DNA of 64,000 bases, taken from assembly GCA_030264375.1 (NCBI GenBank), contig JASCQW010000190.1, forward strand, positions 78,717,370 to 78,781,369. Reading direction: 5' to 3'. This document shows positions 25,140 to 38,104 of this stretch, piece by piece. The notes beneath the pieces were generated by a model. That model had not been told where the DNA came from and ran no database searches. It was given only the letters and a program-made list of their open reading frames with translations. The translations under genes were made by a program, and so were the position numbers. Numbering within the stretch: position 1 is the first letter of the stretch; the number at the start of each line of letters is the position of its first letter. The DNA comes from Carcharhinus longimanus (Eukaryota).

Positions 25140-25925
25140 TCTATTCTACATTGGAGAGACCAAACACAGAGTGAATAACTATTTTGCAGAACACCATCGG
25201 TCCATGCACAAACGGGACCCAGATGTTCCTGTCACTTGCCATTTAACACACCACCCTGCTCCCATGTCCATGTGTCCATCCTTGGCCTGTTGCAATGTTG
25301 CAATGTTCCAGTGAAGCCCATGGCAAACTGGAGGAACAGCACCTCATCTTTCGCTTAGGCACTTTACAGCCTTCTCCACTGTACACTGAGTTCAACAACT
25401 TCAGACCCTGAATTCTATCCTCCACCTTCATCCTATTTCCACCAATTTATTTTATAATTTATTTTCATTTCTTCCATTGCTTCATTTCTCATTTTTTAAA
25501 TCTCGCTTTCCAACTTTTTCCTTTTACCACTGTGTCCCAGCCACCTACCTCACTATTGCCATGTTACCTGTTTCAAGTGGTCCTCTAGTGCACTGCTCAC
25601 CTTTGTTTGGCCATTTACACATTTTGATCGACTAATGTGCAGCCATCAACACTCTTCTTAGCCATGATTACCACCATATATGTTCCCTGTGTCTCTCACT
25701 CTATGACTTCTTTGTCTATCTCTCCTGTCTCCACCAAGAGCTAGCTCTTGATCCAGCTCTCACAGTTCTTCCGTCCCCTCACCACAACAGTAAAAATCCC
25801 ATCCTAATTTCTATTGTCTTCTGCTCTGACAAAGGGTTATCCAGACTTGAAATATTGGCTCTATTCTCTCTCCACAGATACTGTCAAACCTGCTGAGATT
25901 TTCCAGCATTTTCTGTTTTTGTTTC
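25140..25925 (+). mobile_element. Penelope-like element 3' part (GIY-YIG endonuclease plus pseudo-LTR)
   Basis: Translates YIGETKHR...FAEH...PVTCHL...KLEEQHLIFRLGTLQP...EFNNFR. Ends in the ctgac-aagggt...ccacagat-ctg-ca-acctgctgagattttccagcattttctg tail. Confidence 0.85.
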
Positions 25926-27109
25926 AGATCTCAGAAGTTCAGCACAGTTCTATAGCCTCTAAACTGGTGGAAAGCAGAAAAGCTCAACAAAACAGAAGCA
26001 ATAACTTCAAATTCGCTCCAAGGCCCCATCACAATCAAAACAAATGAAGAGAACGGTTTAGCCATAATGAAAAAAGGGAAGATAACTGATGATATCCTCC
26101 ACAAATGTATTTATCAATTAGGCCCAAACGAAGACCAAAAATGTTTAAGAATACCATGGAATCTAAAAACACCATGAAAGCACAGACACCGGCAGAGATC
26201 ATTATCATACTCAAATCAGGCAAACCAACCATTGACATGGAAAGTTAAAGATTGATATTACCCCTGGTTAGGGGTCATGATTTCCTGGAATCATCCCTCA
26301 CCTCAAGTCAGTGATCCCGAGATAAGAAGTGCAATTCCTGTCAATTGCCATTGTCATGACTAAGATTTGGCCCTTGCAACACACATCAAGGTGGAATTCT
26401 AACGGAAATTCAAGAAACAGATGCAGCCTTTGTGGACCTGCCATTGACCGACAACACAGTCTGGACTAGAATCATTGAATCTCTACAGTACAGAAGGAGC
26501 CCATTCGGCCCATTGAGATTGCATCAACAACAATCCCACCCTATCCCCGTAATCCCACGTATTTACTTTGCGAATCCTTCGACACTAAGGGGAAATTTAA
26601 CATGGCCAATCAACCTAACCCGCACGTCTTTGGACTGTNNNNNNNNNNAGGAAACTAGAGCACCTGGAAGAAATCCACGGGGAGAAAGTGCAAACTACAC
26701 ACAGACAGTGATCCAAGCTAGGTATCGAACCCAGGTCCCTGGCGCTGTGAGGCAGCAGGGCAACTACTATGTAGCCCACCTAAAGGGACTAAAAAGTAAA
26801 TCAGCAGCACAAGGGTTTTCATGTGTATTAAAACAATCGGCTTGCTACTGACTCTGTCTGACATCCAACTGAAAATAAAAGCTACAAGCCATTTCCACGC
26901 AAAAATGGGCTCCCTGATAGTGCTTCTTTTTCAGAAAAAAAACATTGATTGAAATCATCTAAGATGGCCCCGGAATGAAGCAACTTTGTGCAAGCTTACC
27001 TCAGCATATCCTCTAGTTCTATGTTTTTAAAACTGTACACTACATCTCTTAAACTTTCTACTAAGCTCAATTTAAATCACTTACAGATTTGGCAATCCTC
27101 TAGACCTCA

Positions 27110-27320
27110 AAGTCTTCTGCCATCGGACTTTTGAATGGACATACCCTATATTGAGCTGATCTTCTCTACATCCTATCTATTCCTGTTTCACTATATTCTG
27201 CACCCACTCTTTTACTTCTCCCTTATTTTCTCTAGAAATGGCATGTTCTATCTGTAGCGTGCAAGAAATAATACGTTCCACCATATCCCAACACATGTAA
27301 CAATGATAAATCAAATCAAG
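27110..27320 (+). mobile_element. Rex1/Babar LINE 3' UTR fragment
   Basis: Similar to 60900-61100; ends caatgataaatcaaatcaa. Confidence 0.6.
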
Positions 27321-28019
27321 TGATGGTAGAATTACCACAAATACCCAGTAGATGGTGCAAAAAGAATATCATAATGCTCTGAAGCTGATCTGATTCATGC
27401 AATTGCACCATTTTTACTTTGTCTGTAAAAAAATCTTTAATTTTGATAAATGGCAAAACAAATTCTTCTGAGAAATCATGATTCAAATGTGTACAAAGTT
27501 AATTCATAATGCTGCTCAGGGAACATTAGATAATTTATTGTTTGATAAAAACTTGAGTATCAGATGCTACAAGAAGAAAATGTTTTTGTGGATCTATGTA
27601 GAAAATCTAATAAATTGACAAGAAAATTGGATATAGAGGTGAAATTATATGGAAGCTATTATATGTATATATATTATGGAAGGCAAATATATTCCACAAG
27701 GTAACATAAATATTGACATGCAAATGGTCAGTCTTCCATGCACCCTGTAACTTGGAGATGATTATCTCTCTCCTTAGTGTCTCTCCATGTTGTTGGTTCC
27801 TTATCTGTCTCTTACTCCTTTTTCTCTTTTCTTTCCTTTTATATCTTAGATGAGGAATTTTAAATTTATTTATTAGTGTCACAAATAGGCCTACATTAAC
27901 ACTGCAATGAAGTTACTGTGAATATCTCCTAGTCGCCACACTCCGGCACCTGTTCGGGTACACTGAGGGAGAATTTAGCATGGCCAATGCACCTGATCAG
28001 CGCATCTTTCAGAATGTGG

Positions 28020-28327
28020 TGTTTCTTCAGAAGGAACTCTTCAAATGCAGACACTAAAAATATAACAAAACATACTCCATCTTCTAAATCAAAGAAAGGG
28101 TTTAATAAAGAAACTTCATTACCCCAAACCTGGGGCCTTGCTCTGGGCAACTCCAAGCTCCCCATAATTCCCAACATGTTTTTATTCATAGTGCGTCAGC
28201 TGGTCAGCTGACCATCCCATCATTCATTAATGGGCTCCATGATTTGTTGCATCAACTGACCCTTACAGCTTGTAACCATTGGTCATACTATATCCAATAC
28301 AAAGTTGTCACTGGTTACATTGTAACA
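28020..28327 (-). repeat. 3' LTR of the Copia element
   Basis: Minus strand reads TGTTACAATG...AAGAAACA, preceded by a purine-rich tract ...AAATAAAGGGAATC. Confidence 0.9.
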
Positions 28328-28489
28328 GATTCCCTTTATTTAATTTCTTTTTAAAGTAATTTAAAACAACCATTCTCCAGCATTCTTAATAACTTTCCAA
28401 TATATGCCCCCCTTTTTTGCAAAACAGTTGGATATCTGTAGATTTGTACCAACCCAGTTAAGTTTGGAAACTTTCTTGTTTTCCATCAT

Positions 28490-29600
28490 TTTAATATAAT
28501 TTGATTTATTATTGCCACATGTATAAACATAAAGTGAAAAGTATTGTTTCTTGTGCGCTTTACAGACAAAGCATACTGTTCATAGAGAAGGAAACAAGAG
28601 AGTGCAGAATGTAGTGTTACAATCATAGCTAGGGTGTACAGAAAGACCAACTTAATGCAAGGTAAGTCCATTCAAAAGTCTGACAGCAGCAGGGAAGAAG
28701 CTGTTCTTGAGTCAGTTGGTATGTGANNNNNNNNNNNNNNNNNNNNNNNNNNNNNNNNNNNNNNNNNNNNNNNNNNNNNNNNNNNNNNNNNNNNNNNNNN
28801 NNNNNNNNNNNNNNNNNNNNNNNNNNCATACCGTTAATAGAGAAGGAAATGAGAGAGTGCAGAATGTAGTGTTACAGTCATAGCTAGGGGGTAGAGAAAG
28901 ATCAGCTTAATGTAAGATAAGTCCATTCAAAAGTCTGACAGCAGCAGGTAAGAAGCTGTTCTTGAGTCGGTTGGTAGTGACCTCAGACTTTTGTATCTTT
29001 TTCCCGACAGAAGGTGGTGGAAGAGGGGACGTCCGGGATGCGTGGAGTTCTTAATTATGCTGGCTGCTTTTCCGAAGCAGCAGGAAATATAGACAGAGTC
29101 ACTGGATGGGAGACCAAAAGAGAAAATGCTGGAAAACCTCAGCAGGTCTGGCAGCATCTGTAAGGAGACAAAAGAGCTGACGTTTTGAGTCCAGATGACC
29201 CTTTGTCAATGGATGGGAGGTTGGTTTGTGTGATGGATTGGGCTATATTCATGACCTTTACTAGTTTCTTACAGTCTTGGGCAGAACAGGAGCTTCTTGC
29301 AGTCTTGGGCAGAACAGGAGCCATACCAAGCTGTGATACAACCAGAAAGAATGTTTTCTATGGTGTATGCGTAAAAGACAGTGAGTCCCAGCTGACATGC
29401 CAAATTTCCTTAGTCTTCCCAGGAAGTAGAGGCGTTGGTGGGCTTTCATAACTGTAGTGTCAGCATGGGGGGACCAGGAAAGGTTGTTGATGATCTGGAC
29501 ACCTAAAAACTTGAAACTCTCAACCCTTTCTACTTCGTCCCTGTTAATATAGATAGGGGCATATTCTCCTTTACGCTTCCTGAAGTCAATGACAATCTCA
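28490..29600 (-). mobile_element. Rex1/Babar LINE 3' fragments (two copies) nested in the Copia element
   Basis: KAHQRLYFLGRLRKFG and ASIIKNSTHPG..LLSGKRYKSL; (TCAAA)n-type tail. Confidence 0.8.
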
Positions 29601-29649
29601 ATGATATTGACATGGACATTGTTGGCACTTGTTTAATGCTGACCAAATC

Positions 29650-32600
29650 AATCCTTAGTAGCTCTTCTGTTCCCCTTTTTATTTAGTGAACTTGTCCCAT
29701 TAAAACCGATTGCCCACACAACACTCAATTGGTACTTTCTTACCTGATATGCCCCATTTTAAAAAATTGTTAATGTGTCAGACAAATATGTCCCCATATC
29801 CAACACCTCCACTAATGCTAGTGTTTCAGCTGCCAACGTGCTTTTGACCACCCTTTTTATTTTCTTTGTTTCCCAGGCAACATTTTCATTCTTTACCTAT
29901 CAGGAATATTATGAATCCAGCATTACTTCAACATCCATCTGTTGACTGGCATGCGAAGCATCACTGCGCACAACCAAATTCATATCTTCTGGTTCTCCTA
30001 CTGCCGGGAATTTAATTACAAACTCCTCTAATTTTAACTTTTTTAATGTTATATTAATCTGCAAGATCTCTCTGCCTGTGGCACACTTCAACATGTTACT
30101 GAACTCTAGGACATTGTAGCTCCCATTCAGTCTTGTCTGTGTGCACAGCCAATTAAAGTGTCCAATCATACTCCTCAACAACTCTGTTTCTTTTTCTTTG
30201 GAAAAAGAGGAATGGGCCATTGACCATTCTCTGGTGATGGGAATGGGATCAATACTGTTCAGATATCCCTGTTTACTCATCGTCACACCAGATGTACTTT
30301 GTTGGATATCACAACCAAGATGTCAAAAAGCACCAGCAGTTTGACTCCTTCTTTAAATTCTGCTTTCAGCTTCTCAATTATCATTTTTTCAAATTCTTCT
30401 GTACCATTCCATAGGAAGTCATCCACATGCATCACAAAAAATTCCAGCTAATTTTCCTTGAGCTTTCCAGTAAAACATTGCTGTATCTGCTCTTAGCTGG
30501 ACACAGCCAGTCTTCAGTAATACAGATCATACAGAGAAATACCAAACCCTTGGTGCATCACTTAACCTATTTACACATTTGTTCAATTTCCACAAATGTC
30601 CCTGTGTATTACCTGTTTCTTTGGGTAACCTCAAAACAAAATTTCTGAAATGTTTTAACCCGCAGAAATGCTGCTTTGATGTCCATTGATTAACACATCC
30701 AATTATTAGATGTGAGAACACCAAAAAAAAAATTCAGTGTCATTTTCCCTGCTGTGGGTGAATCAACCTTGATGTCTCTCCCATCCAAATGTTCCTCAGA
30801 CTCACGGGCTGCTAATCTGACTTTAGACAGATTATACATCCCATCTTGCAAAACTTTCTCTTTGCAAACCCACCAAAGCAGGCTGCCCTTCATCTGGTAC
30901 TNNNNNNNNNNNNNNNNNNNNNNNNNNNNNNNNNNNNNNNNNNNNNNNNNNNNNNNNNNNNNNNNNNNNNNNNNNNNNNNNNNNNNNNNNNNNNNNNNNN
31001 NAACTTTCTCCTTGCAAACCCACCAAAGCAGGCTGCCCTTCATCTGGTACTTTGGTATACGCCCCAAACTCTTCCCAACTATCAAGCTCTCATTGTTTGG
31101 CCTCTCTTACTTCCGCGAGCTCCATTTTGTTTGCAGTCATCAATACTTCCTTATAATGAAGGCTTCTACTTCCGGGTCTGTTTCTGTCAGGGCTGCTACT
31201 TTCAGACCGCTGTTCTCTGTTGACACAACTTTGGTCACAGATTCATGGCTCTTTCCTGGGTTCACAGATGCTTACTGTCTCACCCTCATGATTTAGGTCT
31301 CGCTTTTCCTTCTATCTATCCACCCCATTTTGCCAATCTATAGCTTTGGCTTAATGCTCTCACTCTTGGGTGTTGAGTCAGTCCTTATTATTTCCCGAGG
31401 CCTTTTTTGCTTTCCCAATTATAGTGGTATCCCCCCACTTGCTTGACCCTCCGGATATGTATGATACCACAGTGCCTACTTTGTGTAGCTGAACCTTTGA
31501 AGTAGCAGCTTCATCCCCTGCTTCACTGGCACTTTGTTGATCATCGGATTCCCTCTCATCTATTTTTGACTAATCCTCATAATAGCTCAGGGAATGTGCA
31601 TGTGAAGTACAGGGTGCCTCCTGCCTGTCTGCATCTTGCTCAGAAGCTCCAAATTCATATCCAATTCCCACTACTCTCGAAGCGTGAGCTCACACTGCCT
31701 GATTACCATGTTGTAATGTGACTACCTTGCCTGTCTGCTCCTATTACTTTCCTGGGCCCTTTTCATTCCTTTTTGCCCTCTTTTTTTATAATAGACTCTA
31801 TCCTCTTTCTTGAAGTGTACCCTGATGGTCTTATGGGATGTCTTAGGGCCCTTCTTATCCGTTCTGAACCATCAGCCTTAATGAAGGCCTTTCTTCCTGC
31901 ACGCACATTGCTTAAGTGTGCGGAAAACATGTCACTTCCAGTGCAGGAGGCGCATCTGTTAATACTGATGGCTCCTCCTGTATACCTTCTAGTATGGACT
32001 ATAATTCCCCACCATCTGTAAAGAGTTTCTCGCATGACTGCCCATGTGAAAGCAACCTGCAATTTATAGCCCAGTTCATGCACCAAAATTTTATGCAACA
32101 TGTCATCTTTAACAGCATGATTCCTTTCACAGGGGCCATTGCTGAATAGGCTCTCTGCTGCAGTGTGCAGTATTGCAATATTCAAATTTTTGCACATATC
32201 TCAAAACTCATCATTTACGAAATCATCCCCGTTGTCAGTCAAAAATTTAGACGTTGCCCCCAATCTTGTTCCAATCCAGTGGGTCATAATTTTATCGATA
32301 ATGATCTTTTTATCTTTGCCATAAATCACCATTGATATGCTAAACCGGGCGACCATGTCCGCAAAGTGCAATTGATAGACATGTTTGTCCTTGTTCCATA
32401 TCTTTAGATCCATCGCCTCTACATCATTGAAATCTTCTGCTAATGGTAGACTCATGACTGGACGAGGGGGTGTCTTATATTTTACGCAAATTTAACACTG
32501 GGCTGATATTTATTCTATGAGATCATTACATCCTTTGTCCAGCACACCTGCGTCCTGCAGCAGTACTCTTAGTCTCTGTGGTGCTGGATGACCAAACTGC

Positions 32601-34329
32601 TCATGGAGTTTTAGAATAATCTTCTTTTTGTCCATCATGCTGTTGCCTGTTAGCGACACCAATGCCTCATGAATCCTTTCATCTGATAATTTCAATGCAC
32701 TTAAAGAAAGACAATAATGACCAGATCTTGTAAAATGTAGGTCCATCATTTTCCCAAATACTGCAGCTTTATCTTGTTTCAAATCAATAATTATTTGAAC
32801 TTTCTTCATTGCAGACCTGCAAAGGTATATCACTGGAAACCACATCTGCACTTAAAAATAAACTGATTCCCACAATCCTACAGGGAAGTATCACCCTTTT
32901 AGAGGACGTTAAAGTATTGTCATCTCCAACAGGTGGATTTGTTCTTTTACTTCTTTTCAGTCTTTATGATAAAGAGACCCTAAATAACAATTTAGCCAAT
33001 CTTGGCCACAGTACATCCACTATCTAAAACAGCACAGTTGAAAGAGTCTATCGTCACTATGGCACTCAATTTTTCTGCCACCAAAAGAATGCCTTTCTGG
33101 TCTTTATCTTCGTCAATGTCGGTTTCCACATATTCCCTGGCACATGTGCTTTCAAAGACACAATTTCTTCTTTACGAACAGTTTACAATGTAGTGGTATG
33201 GGGATTCCCATTGGAAACAATGATTCATGATCCCTCTAGCATTCCTTCAATTTGAACATCTTTTATCAGTTTCCCATGTGCATCTTCTATCCCCATTTTC
33301 AAATAGATTACAACTGTTTTCAATACTAAATATGTTATTAACATAACTGTCTCTGTTTAAGGCCTTCATGTACCATTTGGTCTGGCACGCAGTTGAGTCA
33401 TCATTGACTCCTCCATTCTGGGTGCTATGGCATTCTGGTCTGTGTCGAACAAGATGGTGGGAAGTATTGTTTCCCAAAAATCTTTTTTAATAATGCTGCC
33501 ACTTGGTCAAAGAAGGGTTCTGTTCCTCTTAATTGTACTCCAGTCCATTAGTAAAAGGGTATCCATTTGAGACAGACATGCACAGTCCAACAACTTAAAG
33601 ACCAATACTGCATCTGGAAACTGCAAATTAAATTTCATTAGCCTGTTATGGTCCCTATCAAAATCCATGATATACTCTTCCATAGACTGGGTATTTTGTC
33701 TCCTAATCCTGTCAAACATCACCCATTTCTTCATAATTCCCCAAAAACTCATCTTTCTAGTAAAACTTATCTAAGTAACGTAGCAGGAGCTGTAGCCCTT
33801 CTTTATTTAGGGCATCTGCTGTCCAATCGGAAAATATTTTGCCCCTTATCTTGCTCCTAATTGAAAGTGACAAAGCTAATGCCATACCTTGCTTTTTTTT
33901 TCGATATTAGAACAAAGAACAAAGAACAACCCAGCACGGGAAACAGGCCCTTCGGCCCAACAAGCCCGCGCCGCCACNNNNNNNNNNNNNNNNNNNNNNN
34001 NNNNNNNNNNNNNNNNNNNNNNNNNNNNNNNNNNNNNNNNNNNNNNNNNNNNNNNNNNNNNNNNNNNNNNNNNNNNNATTTATGTAGACTACAAAGAGGA
34101 GAGGTCCCAGTACTGAGCCCTGCGGCACACCACTGGTCACTGGCCTCCAGCCAGACAAAGTCCCCTCCACCACTACCCTCTGTCTCCTATTACCCAGCCA
34201 GTTCTCAATCCATATTGTGGTGACAAGGGTCTACATTTCCACCTCTGCCTTCCATTGCCGATATGTTCGGCATCTGAAAAGACAGGGGGGGCAATCAATT
34301 CCCACTGGTTTTCTGCTACCTTCTGCCAT
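29650..34329 (-). pseudogene. Copia gag-pol polyprotein, frameshifted and stop-interrupted
   Basis: Gag MAEG..DCPPVF (ATG 34329) and SMEEYIMDF..AVLVFKLLD; protease AVLDSGCT (~33010-33035); integrase LHEQFGHP, MDLK, TDNGDDF and SNGPCERNH; RT KVRLAARESEE..DSPT and MHVDDF (30415-30432); RNase H SDASHA and VKSTLAAETLAL. Confidence 0.88.
33910..34215 (-). mobile_element. Young CR1 insertion interrupting Copia gag
   Basis: [26 protein letters not shown]; (AGAACAA)n tail at 33909-33929; CpG-rich. Confidence 0.85.
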
Positions 34330-34375
34330 GGTTATAACACTTCTTCAAAAACAAACAACAAGTTACGATGGGTCT

Positions 34376-34388
34376 TCCTCTGCTACCT
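34376..34388 (-). promoter_or_regulatory. Primer-binding site complementary to initiator tRNA-Met
   Basis: AGGTAGCAGAGGA directly follows the LTR. The complement of the tRNA-iMet 3' end is TGGTAGCAGAGGA (one mismatch). Confidence 0.85.
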
Positions 34389-34690
34389 TGTTTCTTCGGA
34401 AAGAATTCTTCAAATGCAGGCAATAAAAATATAGCAAAACATACTCCAACTTCTAAATCAAAGAAATGGTTTAATAAAGTAATTCAATTACTCCAAACTT
34501 GGGCCAATTTCCTGGGCCACTCCAAGCTCTCCACAATTCCCAACAGGTTCTTATTTATTTTATAGTGAGGCGGCTGGTCACATCATTCTGTAACTGGTTC
34601 CATGGTTTACTGGGTCAGCTGACCCTTATAGCTTGTTATTATTGGTCACATTACATCCAATACTAAGTTGTCACCAGTTACATTCTAACA
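34389..34690 (-). repeat. 5' LTR of the Copia element
   Basis: Minus strand reads TGTTAGAATG...AAGAAACA; direct repeat of 28020-28327; followed by the PBS. Confidence 0.9.
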
Positions 34691-35514
34691 TGTAGGAGGA
34701 AACGTGTACACCCGGAGGAAACCCATGGGGAGAATCTGCATAGAATTTGCACAGAGTGACCTAAGCCAGGAATTGAACCCAGGTCCCTGGTGCTGTGAGA
34801 CAGCAGTGCTAACCATAATACAGGTGGTGAGTGATACAGAAATTCACCATCAACAGCTAGAGATCAAAATTGCTTTCCCCATGTAAGTCTTCAGTTAAAA
34901 TGGCAGTCAGATTCCAGTGACATTATGAGAGCCTGATTTGCATATTTAAGACAGGACTCCACAGTATTCCAGTGGGCATCTCTCTCTCTCTCTTAGAAAA
35001 GCAAGTTAAGATTGGAATCTGCATGATGGAAGCAGTAGGTAAATTCGACCAGCTATTTTAACTGCCATCCACCCAACTTCAGCCAGAAGTGCAGTTACAA
35101 TTGGCCCAAATGATCTGAGGAAGGCCAATTGGATTATCATGTGTCTAAATGACAAAAGCAATTAAAAACTAAACTCATGCTTTATTCTCTCCCCAATGCC
35201 CTACACTTAATTTCCTTCAAATATCCATCTAGTTTGCTTAAAAGATGGAACTCCCTTTGCTTTAACCATTCCCTGTGGTAAAGCATTCTATATAAACGAG
35301 TCTTCCTTACATTACAAGGGCATGCACACGGTGGGTCGTGCGTGGGCTGCTCTTGGAGGTTCCGGGAGTGGCCTAGCACTTCGTGTCGGTGTGTGTGCTT
35401 GATCCTGGACCGGTNNNNNNNNNNNNNNNNNNNNNNNNNNNNNNNNNNNNNNNNNNNNNNNNNNNNNNNNNNNNNNNNNNNNNNNNNNNNNNNNNNNNNN
35501 NNNNNNNNNNNNNN

Positions 35515-36010
35515 GGCTCATGAGATTGGTTCTCGAGATGAGGAACTTCAGTTATGTGGATAGATTGGAGAAGATGGGACTGTATTCCTTGGAAAAGAGA
35601 AGGGTGAGAGGAGATTTGATCGATATATTCAAAATCACCAGGGGCGAAACAGAATGAAGGGTGAGACATTCCTTCTGTTGGTTAATGGATCAAGAAACTG
35701 TTGCAATCAAATGAAAGGAAGAAGAGGAAAGCCTCTTGACCCCACTTCACCTGATTGTAATAAAGGTCATTGGCAAAAGTAGCAATGGTGACATGAGGAA
35801 ACTCTTTCTCATGCAGTGAGTGGTGAGAGTCTTTCATTCACTGCCTGGCAGTGTGGTGGAGGCAAATTCAATCATGGCTTTCAAAAGGGAGTTAGATCAT
35901 TATCCGAAAAGGAGAGATTCGCAGGGGGGGCAGGTTGGAGAATGGCACTGGATAAATTGCTATTGCAGAGACCCAGCACGTACATAACTAGCTGAGCCAA
36001 TGATTCTATG
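35515..36010 (+). mobile_element. CR1 LINE 3' fragment
   Basis: SYVDRLEKMGLYSLEKRRVRGDLIDIFKI. Confidence 0.8.
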
Positions 36011-36519
36011 TTCAAATTGATGGCCCCTCATCACTGACTCCCCAGTGGACTTCCTCTATTCAACCTATCCAAATCCACCTCCCACCCTAGCCATCCCTTT
36101 CAGTTGCAAAATAAGAATCTCTATTTAATACTATCTTAGCCTCTTCTTTTGCAGCAGTATAATCTCAGCATTTCAAGTGTCTCCTCATTAATTATAAGAG
36201 AGGAGCATTTCAATACATCTAGTAAGTGTTCAGACTCATAGAAAAATAGCCAAAAATACTGGGACAACCTTACTGGCTCGTAACGCCAGTTGATCGGCAT
36301 GGCAAGCCAGTAAAATTGGGCAGGAGGTGTAAAGGTTTCTAGCTTCTACAGCCTGAGGGAGTGGAGCACTAAAATGGCATTCCAGCCTCTCAAACTGGAC
36401 AGCTTAATCCAGTGTAAGAGCATCTTTGGTCTGCAGAAAATGGGAGGGCTTTTCATCTAAGACACCCACGGCTCTGCGATCATGGATTAACTTGTTGTTC
36501 AACACCCTACATCCACAAG

Positions 36520-36890
36520 AGCTGGCTGGATGATATAGGTCAGTTGGAATAATTCAGTTAATTCCCCAGGTCATTGCGAGTGCTGGTTAAAACATGCTTG
36601 TTCAATTATTAAGTTTTGCTTTGGGCTAAAATGGGTGTCAAGTGCTGCAAGAGTGTTCTCAAAGTCTGCAGTGAACTCCTGGATACCATATCTTCGGAGA
36701 ATGTCATCAGCTCCAGAACCCATTGTATAAACAAAGGAAAGAAGTTGAAGCCTTGGCAATTTTATGTGAAGACCTGACACTGTTCAGTACCAGAGAAAAT
36801 GATTTTCCATAACTCCCACTGCTGGCCTCCCAATGTGCTCTTGAGGCTGTCAGACAGGGCAAGGGCAGGGAGTGCTCACAGGGCGTGATC
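36520..36890 (-). mobile_element. Ty3/Gypsy gag fragment
   Basis: FVYTMGSGADDIL..LDTHFSPKQNLIIEQACFNQHSQ matches the Gypsy gag pattern LLYxMGxxADDI...FxPKxNxIxERAxFNxRxQ. Confidence 0.75.
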
Positions 36891-38104
36891 TTACCAGCTC
36901 GCCACACTGATCGACCACGTGGTGAGCCGGGTAATAAAGGACAAGGGTTGAAAAATCAGGATCAGGCCCAGTTTTCTCGCCAGCACTGTTTTGCTGGTGA
37001 AATCAATCTTGCAACCCAGAAAGAGTGCAAGGCTGATTTCAATATTAATGATTTACATGTCACTAATGAATCTCGGATGTTATCGTCCAGGCTTGCTTAG
37101 TTTAACCCCCTCATTGGTTGATGCCCTCACCTGCAAGGATCATACATGGTCCCCAACAACGAGGACCAGATGTGTTGGCCTCACTGGTGGGAGCAGAGGC
37201 CATTAAAACTCTCAGGTAGTCAGAGATAGGGTGAGGCAGTGCCCATAGCTTAGTGTCAACCTGGCAGTACTCACCTGGCACTGCCCACCAGACATCCTGG
37301 CAGTGCCAAGGGGGCAGAGCCTGAGGGATTAAAAAGGCATTCCCAATGTGAGGTGGCAGAAAATGTGCACCACTAGTGAAGTCTGGGTAAACGGTTGCTC
37401 CATGTTTTCCTGCCAACGTGAAACTGATGTTTTTTTGCTCTTGTGCTATTTTCCACTCCCAGCTACTGTGACACATACTGCAGGCAGGGAGAGAAAATTC
37501 CAGCCATTGTTTGATTTTGTTGGTGGACAGTAGGATAGCATACTTTGTGAGGGGGTGGGGTGACAATCAGTGTTAAATGTTAAGAGATGGGATATGCTAA
37601 TATATGAAGTAGATGATTCTGTGCACCTGACATCAGTCTTACGTTGGATTCTCTCAGAGAGAGAGGTTGGCATCATGCTTGCGAGCAACCTACCCGTTCT
37701 ATGACCTGTTCAGATGTCAACAGTTATGCAGATATCCTAACAACCAAGTCCCACACTTAGAGTCCAAGATAGGAGGACGAAAGAACACCCATAACTTGCT
37801 TACAAAACATGAAAATGAAATCATTTTAATCCAAGTTTTTAGCATTCTTGCATGATCAAATTCAGGTCCGGCCAACCTCGAATGTTGTAAGGTAAGTTTT
37901 CCAACCCCACCCATTGCAGGAATCATCACAAGTGGAATGGATAATTTAACAGACCGTTTGAAAAGTCTGTTGACCTCGGGCAGGATTTTCTAGTTACCGG
38001 GTGGATGGGACTGGAAGATCCTGCTCCACAACTTTTAGGTTAAAATAAAAACATCCAAGATGCTTTGGAGAGGCATAATGGGGAAAAAAAGTGTCATTAC
38101 ATAC

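Larger units (their letters stand above)
28020..34690 (-). mobile_element. Full-length degenerate Ty1/Copia LTR retrotransposon, GalEa-like clade
   Basis: Two ~305-bp direct LTRs with TG...CA ends, TSD TGTGG/TGTAG, PBS, purine-rich tract, and Copia domain order gag-PR-INT-RT-RH on the minus strand. Confidence 0.92.

Noticed and set aside
30853-31051. Apparent direct repeats flanking 100-N gaps (also 46292-46345/46466-46519, 58385-58437/58538-58590, 13966-13973/14074-14081)
   Set aside because: Near-identical sequence on both sides of fixed-length gaps indicates unmerged contig overlaps, not biology.
37994-38104. C-terminal part of the 535-aa ORF as coding sequence
   Set aside because: It lies beyond the CAG|GTATGT donor; read-through into the intron.
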